Shown here in pieces: positions 55,201 through 64,000 of a DNA stretch of 64,000 bases (position 1 is the stretch's first letter; each line of letters starts with the position of its first letter). The stretch spans positions 1,632,001 through 1,696,000 of the forward strand of contig CP067995.1 in assembly GCA_045159875.1 (NCBI GenBank). The letters are read 5' to 3'. The notes under the pieces were generated by a model. The model was not told the DNA's origin, made no database searches, and worked only from the letters and a program-made list of their open reading frames with translations. A program made the position numbers and the translations under genes. The stretch comes from a cyanobacterium endosymbiont of Rhopalodia gibba. GTDB lineage: Bacteria > Cyanobacteriota > Cyanobacteriia > Cyanobacteriales > Microcystaceae.

Positions 55201-56598
55201 ATGCGTGTTTCGGATAAGTTTTTACTATTTACAGTTTTTTTTGCAAGTTCCTTTCTCATTCCTCCTGTCATCACTTTTAATGGATGTTATGACGTAGTTT
55301 GGTCCGCTGATATTAAATCCTTTGGTGAAGATGGACAAAATGGTCAATCTGGACTAGCCGGTCAAAACACTAAAAATAGTGATGATCTCACTCTATTTGC
55401 TGATGGTTCTCCTCTCACCTTAGACTTGGCTGGTCTTGATGGGGAAAAAGGACAAGATGGTCAAGATGGAAAAGCCGCTAACTGCGAATCCCAACCAGTT
55501 GATGTCTCCTATAATCTTCAAGCACCTAGTGGCGGTAATGGTGGTAATGGTGGTAACGGAGGGGATGGTGGTAATGGAGGGTCTTTGACCATCTATACCA
55601 CTGATATTACTAATCTTAAGCAAATTTATGTCAATGCGGCAGGAGGTAAAGCAGGAGAATCTGGCCTTGCTGGTAGAGGTGGTCAAGCTTGTCAGTGCAA
55701 CAATTCCTATTGGAATTTAGAAACTTGTACAGGGAATCCGAATAATTCTGATTATCGCTGTACAACCCGTAAGTTTCGCTGTCAAGATGGAAGACAGGGG
55801 TCTAATGGTATAAGTGGACTTAGGGGACGCGATGGAATTGTCGGAAAGTTAACTTTAGTTAATCTTGATAAACCTTTAGAACCAGATGAGTCTGCTGCAA
55901 CTGTAACAATGGCTACATTAAAGAAAAAAGGTTATCTTCTCTCAAAGAATAAATGGGAAACTCGTAACGGCGCAATGGCTTTATTTGCTCCTGGTTCAAT
56001 TATTGATGACCAGTATTTAGCTCTTGCTGAGCGGATAGAAAGGTCATTCCTGTTGGTATGGAATGCTCCCCAACAGTTTTCTGAATTTGCTAATCAAAAA
56101 ATCACTTTAGGATTAGAAGAAAATCAAAAAATTAAGGTTTATCTTCCTAATGATCTTTGGATTGAAGCAACAACTCAACAAAGGAATAAACTAACTCAGT
56201 TTATTATTTATAATGCCATTCGTGCTGGAGATACTACACAATTAGGAAGCGCAAAATTATCTGGCAGTAAGAGAAATCTTCAGTTGACTTTAATTGATAA
56301 AGGACAACAATCTGACTTGATTGCCACTAAATTTAAAATTATTTACAGAACAACTCGTTCTGATGCTCGTTTTCGCTCTGTTTCTGATTATATTACTCGA
56401 TATGAAGGAAAAATTCCAGAAGAATTGGTAATGCTCAATGGAAATAAATTTACTATTAAAATTGGACAGCTACCTATTAAACCTAATAATTTTCAATCAG
56501 GGTTAGGAGTAGAAATTAAAATTTTAGCTCTTCGCTATTTTGCAGGTTATTCTGCTAAACAAGTTATTACAGTTAAAGATATACTCGGACCGTTTTAA
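55201..56598 (+). CDS. Secreted collagen-like protein
   Basis: Signal-like N-terminus, several Gly-X-Y runs (GEDGQNGQSGLAG, GGNGGNGGNGGDGGNGG, GRQGSNGISGLRGRDG) and a Cys-rich insert. Confidence 0.82.
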   Translation: MRVSDKFLLFTVFFASSFLIPPVITFNGCYDVVWSADIKSFGEDGQNGQSGLAGQNTKNSDDLTLFADGSPLTLDLAGLDGEKGQDGQDGKAANCESQPVDVSYNLQAPSGGNGGNGGNGGDGGNGGSLTIYTTDITNLKQIYVNAAGGKAGESGLAGRGGQACQCNNSYWNLETCTGNPNNSDYRCTTRKFRCQDGRQGSNGISGLRGRDGIVGKLTLVNLDKPLEPDESAATVTMATLKKKGYLLSKNKWETRNGAMALFAPGSIIDDQYLALAERIERSFLLVWNAPQQFSEFANQKITLGLEENQKIKVYLPNDLWIEATTQQRNKLTQFIIYNAIRAGDTTQLGSAKLSGSKRNLQLTLIDKGQQSDLIATKFKIIYRTTRSDARFRSVSDYITRYEGKIPEELVMLNGNKFTIKIGQLPIKPNNFQSGLGVEIKILALRYFAGYSAKQVITVKDILGPF

Positions 56599-56958
56599 TA
56601 GACAAAACTTAAAGAGAACTATTCCCTAATTATAATAAAAAGTATTATTGTTTATATTAGAAATAAGAATAGTAAAAACAAGATAATAAATAGTCACTTT
56701 GGGGTACTTTCATATCAATAACATTGTCATACATCCGTCACAGGCGTAAAATAGAAGCGATAACTAGCGAAAGGTTTGAGATTGATATTAAAAGTCTCTG
56801 TTTAGTCTTATGTTTAGTCTTGATTGATCTAAACACTCAAAAATTATCTTTTAATTTGACGAAAACGAGTAAAGAAAATCATCAATAACTAGAGAAATAA
56901 ATTTAAAGTAAACTAGACTTTTTAGTATCTTATTAGATAATTTAAAATATATTTATTT

Positions 56959-59900
56959 ATGCCTACTCTACATGGAAGTTGGATTAACAAACTAGATAAG
57001 AGTTTTTTGTTTATTTGGGGAGAAACTTGGCGAAGTAATTATCCTGATACATCTAAAGATGTATCAGTTAACTTACATCTTTTTCTTCTCAATAAATTAG
57101 AGTTAATTAATTTACTGAAATCTAATAATTTAGAATTTTCTCCTAAAATAGAAGAAACATGGACTAGTCAAATCATTAATTTACCTAGTACTACAATTAA
57201 AAGCCAAAATATCGATGTTCCTTGTCTATCTTCTCAATTAGAGTCGAGCAAATTTAATACTTCTAAAAATTCTCTTTTTATAAAAAGTTGGGAAATACAA
57301 GGGTTTTGTTTAAAAGATATAGAAGCTATTAATTTTTTTAGACAATTACCCTTAGGGTTTTCAGGCAACCACGAAAATTATTTAGGTGAAGATTTAAAAT
57401 TTTGGTCTCATATTTATCGATGGAGTCTCGATTTATTGGCCAGGGGAAAATTTTTACCTGGACTTACTTATTTAAAGAAAAAAACTCCTCAAAGTCAGTG
57501 GTGTTTAATCCTAGATAGTACTATTGATCAAACTCGACTTTCTAAATTTAGTAACCTGATGCCAGCTGGATGCTTAGCCTATGTTAAAGGGCTTGAATCT
57601 GAGGTGGATATCAAAACCAATTTTTTAGAATCACAACAATTAATTTTAGATTTTCTTAAAAATATTATTGATATTTATATACGTTCATTTTCCCAGTCTA
57701 GTTCTTTCCTCAATCAAGATTTATTAGTTCAACGATGGTTGAAATCTTTGACAGAAGTAAATCCTAGTTTTACAGCTTCCACAAATGATATTAAAAGACT
57801 AGAAAATGCTTTATATAATTGGAGTTTATCTATTCAAGAATACTTAGTTAATTCAACTAATATAACTTTAATAATTAATCAATTTAGAGTATGTTTTTAT
57901 CTAGAGCCTCCTAGTTCAAAAGCTATCAATTCAGCCGATACTTACTGGAATTTAAAATATTACTTACAGGCCTTAGATGATAGAAAAGTTTTAGTAGATG
58001 CTCAAACTATTTGGGAACATCCTTTTGAACAATTATTATGGGGGGAAAGAACTATTGAAAAGCCTCAAGAAACTTTATTAAAGGGATTGGGACTGGCTTC
58101 CCGTCTCTATTCCCCTATTGCAGAAAGTTTAAAAGAAAGTCAACCTTTATGTTGTAAACTTAATTCCATTCAGGTCTATGACTTTATTAAATCGAGTGCT
58201 ACAATCTTAGAAGATAATGGATTGGGTGTTATTTTACCTTCTAGTTTAGCCAGAGAAAAAGAAGAGAAACGATTGGGAATTAGTATAGAGGCTGAAGTTA
58301 AATCAAAAAAAGAGGAACGCTTAAGCCTACAAAGTTTATTAAACTACCAATTAAAATTAGTAATTGGTAAACAAATAATTTCTCAAAAAGAGTTTAAAAA
58401 GTTGTTAGATCAAAAGTCTCCTCTGGTAGAAATTAATGGAGAATGGATCACCTTACAACCATCTGATATTCAGGCGGCAAAAATAGTTTTAAATAACTCT
58501 TATAGTCCACTTAAATTATCAGTTGAAGATGCTTTACGCCTCAGTATAGGAGATAGCAAAATGATTGCGAAACTTCCTGTTATTAATTTTAAACCATCTG
58601 GAGTTTTACAAGAATTAATCAATAATTTTACAAATCATCAATTGATTGAAATAATCAATAATCCCCCGGAATTTAAGGGAGAATTACGTCCTTATCAGAA
58701 AAGAGGTGTTAGTTGGTTAGCTTTTCTTGAACAATGGGGATTAGGAGCTTGTTTGGCAGATGATATGGGACTAGGAAAAACACCTCAACTTCTTGCATTT
58801 TTGCTTCATTTAAAAGCACAAGAGATGTTGAGAAAACCAGTATTATTAGTTTGTCCTACCTCTGTGTTAAATAATTGGGAGCGAGAAGTTCAAAAATTTT
58901 CTCCTACTTTATCAACTTTGATTCATCATGGAGAAAACAGAATGAAAGGAAAGTCTTTTGCTAAAATAGTAAAAAATAAACATTTAGTCTTCACAAGTTA
59001 TCCTCTCGTCTATCGAGATACTGAAACCTTAGAAAAAATTGAGTGGAAAGGATTAGTTTTAGACGAAGCTCAAAATATTAAAAATCCCCAAGCTAAACAG
59101 TCTCAAGCAGTTCGTAGATTAAAAACAGAGTTTCGAGTTGCTTTAACGGGAACGCCTGTGGAGAATCGCTTGTCAGAACTATGGTCAATTTTAGATTTTT
59201 TAAACCCAGGATTTTTAGGAAATCAACAATTTTTCCAGCGTCGTTTTGCTGAACCTATTGAAAAATATGGAGATCGAGAGTCTATACAAATCTTGCGGTC
59301 ACTGGTACGTCCTTTTATTTTAAGACGCTTAAAAAGCGACCAAGATATTATCCAGGATTTTCCTAAAAAGCAAGAAATGAATGTATTTTGTGGGTTATCC
59401 CCTGAACAAGGTAGACTCTATCAAAAATTAGTGGATAATTCTCTTCATGAACTTGAAGATAAAACCGGAATTCAACGTCAAGGAATAATTTTTTCATTAT
59501 TAATAAAGCTTAAGCAAATTTGTAATCATCCAGCACAATTTCTAAAAGAGAAAGAACTGATAATCTCTGAGCGTTCTGGTAAACTTATGAGGTTAGAAGC
59601 GATGTTAGAAGAATTGATCGAAGAAGATAATCACGTTTTGATTTTTACCCAATTTTCTGAGTGGGGAAAATTATTACAACCTTACTTACAAAAAAGATTT
59701 TCTCAAGATGTTTTCTTTTTATACGGTGCAACTCGTCGAGAGAAACGACAAGAAATGATTGATCGCTTTCAAAATGATCCCAATGGTCCTGCTATTTTTA
59801 TTCTCTCCTTAAAAGCCGGGGGAACAGGATTAAATTTGACTCGTGCTAATCATGTTTTCCATATTGATCGTTGGTGGAATCCTGCAGTAGAAAACCAGGC

Positions 59901-60123
59901 AACAGATAGAGCATTTCGCATTGGACAAAAACGAAATGTTCAAATTCATAAATTTATTTGTACAGGGACGTTAGAAGAGAAAATTAATGATTTGCTAGAA
60001 AGTAAAAAACAATTAGCGGAACAAACTGTTGACGCAGGAGAAAATTGGCTGACCAAGTTAAACACTGATGAACTAAGAACTTTATTATTACTTGATCGTA
60101 AAGCAATTCTTGATGAAGAGTAG
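56959..60123 (+). CDS. SNF2-family (SWI2/SNF2) helicase-like ATPase with N-terminal DUF3670-type region
   Basis: LRPYQ, LADDMGLGKT, LDEAQNIKN, ALTGTPVENRL, SLKAGGTGLNLT, DRWWNPAVENQATDRAFRIGQ. Confidence 0.95.
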   Translation: MPTLHGSWINKLDKSFLFIWGETWRSNYPDTSKDVSVNLHLFLLNKLELINLLKSNNLEFSPKIEETWTSQIINLPSTTIKSQNIDVPCLSSQLESSKFNTSKNSLFIKSWEIQGFCLKDIEAINFFRQLPLGFSGNHENYLGEDLKFWSHIYRWSLDLLARGKFLPGLTYLKKKTPQSQWCLILDSTIDQTRLSKFSNLMPAGCLAYVKGLESEVDIKTNFLESQQLILDFLKNIIDIYIRSFSQSSSFLNQDLLVQRWLKSLTEVNPSFTASTNDIKRLENALYNWSLSIQEYLVNSTNITLIINQFRVCFYLEPPSSKAINSADTYWNLKYYLQALDDRKVLVDAQTIWEHPFEQLLWGERTIEKPQETLLKGLGLASRLYSPIAESLKESQPLCCKLNSIQVYDFIKSSATILEDNGLGVILPSSLAREKEEKRLGISIEAEVKSKKEERLSLQSLLNYQLKLVIGKQIISQKEFKKLLDQKSPLVEINGEWITLQPSDIQAAKIVLNNSYSPLKLSVEDALRLSIGDSKMIAKLPVINFKPSGVLQELINNFTNHQLIEIINNPPEFKGELRPYQKRGVSWLAFLEQWGLGACLADDMGLGKTPQLLAFLLHLKAQEMLRKPVLLVCPTSVLNNWEREVQKFSPTLSTLIHHGENRMKGKSFAKIVKNKHLVFTSYPLVYRDTETLEKIEWKGLVLDEAQNIKNPQAKQSQAVRRLKTEFRVALTGTPVENRLSELWSILDFLNPGFLGNQQFFQRRFAEPIEKYGDRESIQILRSLVRPFILRRLKSDQDIIQDFPKKQEMNVFCGLSPEQGRLYQKLVDNSLHELEDKTGIQRQGIIFSLLIKLKQICNHPAQFLKEKELIISERSGKLMRLEAMLEELIEEDNHVLIFTQFSEWGKLLQPYLQKRFSQDVFFLYGATRREKRQEMIDRFQNDPNGPAIFILSLKAGGTGLNLTRANHVFHIDRWWNPAVENQATDRAFRIGQKRNVQIHKFICTGTLEEKINDLLESKKQLAEQTVDAGENWLTKLNTDELRTLLLLDRKAILDEE

Positions 60124-60557
60124 ATAACAAATAATTCTAATCACATTTCCGTATCTATAAAATACAGAATTTGCTTAATTAAAGCTGAAATTTTCTTTTA
60201 AAAACTAGTCGTATTAAAGCTAAAAATATTGCATTGATAATAGTTATTTTTGTTCAGAAGTTTAATTTTTATTAAAACTAATTTTTTTAAAAAATACAAT
60301 ACAGTTTTAAAACCCATTTTTAATTCGATAGACATACTTCCATGAAAAATTTAAAAATAATAATTAATTTATTTTTTGGTAATTTCTTCTTCTACTTTAG
60401 ATTTTTTTACTAATTTAATAAAATACTATTTGCCACAATCTTTTATTAAGAAAATTTATTTTAGTTAAATCACTCTATTTTTTGAGATAAATATTTACTA
60501 ATTAATTAAATTTAGCTGTCTTGTACTTATCTTTGAGTTTAATCACATAAGTTTTTG

Positions 60558-60601
60558 TATGAGTAGATTAATCTATCTATAGATATATTAATCTACTCAT
60601 A
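60558..60601. repeat. 44-bp loop-less palindrome, 21/22 bp paired
   Basis: TATGAGTAGATTAAT-C-TATCTA|TAGATA-T-ATTAATCTACTCATA. Confidence 0.92.
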
Positions 60602-61217
60602 ACCCTGAATCACCATAGCAGTTAATTTTTTCCTAAAAGATTTTGTATTATTACGATAAATTACTACTTTTTAAGTTTTAATTCAATCAGAATTTAAAAT
60701 AGTTTCTTCAGTTAGATGTCGATTATTCTAGATTTTTAGTATACTATATAAGTTATCAAAAAATATATAATTTTAATGTACTAAATTTTTAGTATGATTT
60801 TTCTATATTTTTTTAAAACCTTATATTTTTTATGGGTAAAATTTAGAGAAAATTAACGATATTTAATAGGTATCATTAAATTTAATTTTTATTTTTGAGC
60901 AAAATATACTCACTTTTATTTAATAAAAAATTAGCCAGCTTGAACTCAGGACAATAGAAATAAACTAGCCGTTAGTATAGTCTTATTCTTTGAAAAAAAA
61001 CAGCAAAAAAGCTTATATTTAAAAATAATAATTAGAAATTTTTATTTTTAAAAAGTTAATATAGAATTTATGGCATAACATATTTAGTGAAACCGTATTT
61101 TTTAGATTGACTAATATTTTTAAATTCTTTAATTGAGCATTAACTTATTCCATTCCATAAATTATATCTGCTACTGCTTAAGTTAATTAATCGATAGTCT
61201 TATCATAAAGGTTTTTA

Positions 61218-61255
61218 AGAGTTTTAATAATCTTCTTTGAGATTATTAAAACTCT
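61218..61255. repeat. Perfect 16-bp-arm inverted repeat
   Basis: AGAGTTTTAATAATCT / TCTTTG / AGATTATTAAAACTCT. An imperfect IR follows at 61347-61388. Confidence 0.88.
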
Positions 61256-62430
61256 ATTTTTCCTCAAATATTAGCTATAATACTATTAATTTATTTTTTT
61301 TTATTTATCAAATAACTCCTTCATATAAATTAACTAATAATACACAATAACTCTTCTGTTCTTCTTGATTAAAGAACAAGAGAGTTATAAATTGTTAATT
61401 GTTTCAATTTATTAGTTTTTTATATGTAATTTTTAACTTAAATCTTACACTATATATTTTTCTATCTAATGAACCTCTATATGTATTAATTCTTATACCT
61501 ATTAAATATTATTTAATAATAACCAATTTTATATATATGGTCTTATTTACTCAAAGTAAACCTCTAATATTAAATTAATTATCTTGATAGATATTGCCAA
61601 CAATTAAAATTAAGTCAAAATAAATATATTTTTTAATTAACAATCAAACTTTATATTTATATTTTTAATTTTTACATAACCAGCTTGGTTAGTTAGAACC
61701 AGGTTATTTGAGTTGGTTAAAATAACATGTAGAAATGAGTGAACTAAAAGTCTGTCCCTAAATTAGGGTACTTGTAGTTTCTTATTTTTTTAGAAAATAC
61801 AAAAAATTTAACTCAAAGTCTTAATAGACAAAATACATTTTAAGTTATACAAAAAATGTTTAACCGTATAGTTGATCTTTTAAAAAAGCTTAACAAGACT
61901 GCTGAATAACACTCTTTAATCACAAATTTTCTAGATAAAAAATTATTCATTTTTAGGAATATCTTCAACAGACCAAAGTCCCTCAATTAGAGGAGAATTA
62001 GCTATCTAAGTAATTGTTGAGATACAACAACTTTACCGGTTTACATTACCAGTTGACATTATAAAAGTCAATAATTAGGAATATGAGTGTAGTCAAAACT
62101 AATATCGTAGTTGAAGATTTACTTGGAAACAGTATTTCGTGAATTCTAGTTCACTCGAAAACCTCTTGTCTTCGACGAGCAGGATAACTATTGAGCTCAT
62201 ACTTGTACTTAAGAAGACAAGCTAGATAGCTAAGCATTATATAAGCGACACTAGCCACTTACAGTAAAATTTTGGTTAATTTTAGGATAATTACAAAGTT
62301 TTCGACAGAAAAATCTCTTATTCGGTTTTGTTATTTTTTGATATGGTCAATTTTTGTGCCAATTTAAAGTTATGCTACATAATTGACTGATTCCTCATCA
62401 ACTTTAATTAGGAAGAGTTCGAGCTAACCT

Positions 62431-63561
62431 ATGAAAACTTGGATTAAAGATAAAATTCCTCGAGTTTCACCAGAGGCTCTAGATAAATTGCGCGAGGAAC
62501 TCCTAGAAGAAGCTAAACTCGAGACTAATTTTCTGATTTTGACCTTCAGTTCTTGTATTATTGCCAGTTTGGGACTATTAATGAATAGTGCTGCCGTGAT
62601 TATAGGAGCAATGTTGATTGCACCACTAATGTTGCCATTAAGAGCATTGGCACTTGGTGCACTGGATACAAATGGGAAACTTTTAGAAACTAGCTTATTA
62701 ACCTTAAGTGTAGGTACCCTTATATCCATTCTTATATCGGGACTAGTGGGGGGATTGTTCGGGGTTCCTGCAGCTTCTTTTGGGGGAGAAATTTTGGCAC
62801 GGACCCAACCCAACCTAGCGGATTTAGGAGTGGCAGTGATGGCAGGAGGGATTAGTGGGTTTGCTAAAATTCAACGTAAAATCAGCGACGCGTTGGCAGG
62901 AACTGCGATCTCAGTGGCTTTAATGCCTCCATTATGCGTAGTGGGTATTGCCCTGTCTCAACAAGATTGGCAACTTAGTAGTGGATCCTTTCTCCTCTAT
63001 TTAACCAATTTATTAGGGATTACCCTTTCTTCTCTATCTATTTTTACTTTGGGGGGATATTACCTCAATTATAGCCGTACAGGGAAAGCATTAGGAGGAT
63101 TTTTCGTCATGACAGGACTTCTAATTTTTCCTTTGTTCATAAGTTTTTGGAATCTTATTCAGGAAGAACGATTTGAAGCCGATATAAAAAAAATTCTTCA
63201 GAATCAAACAATCACTGTCGGTCAACAAACGGAACTAATTAAATTTGAGGTTCAATGGCCTCGAGTCCCTTGGAGTAAGAAAAGGCCTACTGTATTTTTA
63301 ACCGTTCAAGAGAATGCAGATAACCCCGTTACCCCAAATCAAGTGCGCTTAGTAGAAACTTTACTTGAACGCTCTTTAGGAAAAAAATTTAAGCTAGTTT
63401 TTCTAGCTAGTGAATTACGAGAAGTTCGTGCTGAGCAGGAAGAGGAACTCTCTCCCTATTTTCTTTTTGATCCCCTTCCTCCTCCATTAATGCCTCGAAA
63501 TGAACGTAACTCATCATCCTCTTCTTTTACCCCTTCGTTTCGAGTTGACGAGAATCTCTAA
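62431..63561 (+). CDS. DUF389 / TIGR00341-family membrane protein
   Basis: IASLGLLMNSAAVIIGAMLIAPLMLP, EILARTQPNLADL, LAGTAISVALMPPL, LYLTNL. Confidence 0.9.
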   Translation: MKTWIKDKIPRVSPEALDKLREELLEEAKLETNFLILTFSSCIIASLGLLMNSAAVIIGAMLIAPLMLPLRALALGALDTNGKLLETSLLTLSVGTLISILISGLVGGLFGVPAASFGGEILARTQPNLADLGVAVMAGGISGFAKIQRKISDALAGTAISVALMPPLCVVGIALSQQDWQLSSGSFLLYLTNLLGITLSSLSIFTLGGYYLNYSRTGKALGGFFVMTGLLIFPLFISFWNLIQEERFEADIKKILQNQTITVGQQTELIKFEVQWPRVPWSKKRPTVFLTVQENADNPVTPNQVRLVETLLERSLGKKFKLVFLASELREVRAEQEEELSPYFLFDPLPPPLMPRNERNSSSSSFTPSFRVDENL

Positions 63562-63735
63562 ATACCCCTATTTCCCTCGGATTAGTTCGCTAATCAAGAT
63601 TTAATGTGTCATAGAACCTTAATCTATTAGTTGAAGTAAGTAGAGTGTATGAGGCAAAATTTAAGTTTTAACTATCCTGACTGCAATTTTTTTATGTTAG
63701 AAAAGTTCTGAGAAAGTGTTAACTTGAGTTATTAG

Positions 63736-64000
<265 letters not shown>

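Noticed and set aside
1079..61255. Palindromes interpreted as a CRISPR array or a single MITE/REP family
   Set aside because: They are dispersed, not regularly spaced, share no consensus, show no target-site duplications, and no cas genes are present.
1282..62813. Short ORF-track entries overlapping real genes on the opposite strand or in another frame (e.g. 1282-1476, 1434-1634, 3504-3764, 4774-4965, 7996-8292, 8734-8982, 11053-11310, 32620-32862, 46150-46652, 52279-52515, 54043-54393, 55420-55686, 62424-62813)
   Set aside because: Shadow ORFs of well-supported genes, with no recognisable motifs.

Overview
A 64-kb AT-rich segment of a cyanobacterial chromosome. Its genes are of unicellular Chroococcales (Cyanothece/Crocosphaera-like) type: rpoZ/ycf61, CRR7, aar, DUF1818, DUF3747, an rbp RRM protein and glgC. 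The genome is eroding. Intact CDSs cover only about 55% of the window (summed by hand from the called CDS lengths). They are separated by 1-6 kb AT-rich deserts that hold recognisable pseudogenes: sdhA, a Wzx-type flippase, an O-antigen ligase/polymerase-like gene, a FecCD/BtuC permease and possibly a GH13 gene. This pattern fits a host-restricted endosymbiont such as a rhopalodiacean diatom spheroid body, which is inference and not proven from this window. There are about 34 CDSs, including an unannotated 52-aa basic ORF and the 5' end of ahcY, plus one tRNA-Asn(GTT). The most striking unexplained structure is a set of at least 14 long (15-28 bp arm), perfect or near-perfect inverted repeats with unrelated sequences. 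All are intergenic and several have loops of 0-2 nt deep inside dead DNA. Other signals are HIP1 octamers decaying by C>T at one specific cytosine, an IscR/Rrf2-like operator next to a clean sigma70 promoter of a thrC-like/sulfur-carrier operon, a stop-free but catalytically truncated tyrosine recombinase ORF, and retention of sugar-to-NADPH genes alongside loss of sdhA. No CRISPR array, rRNA or intact mobile element was found.
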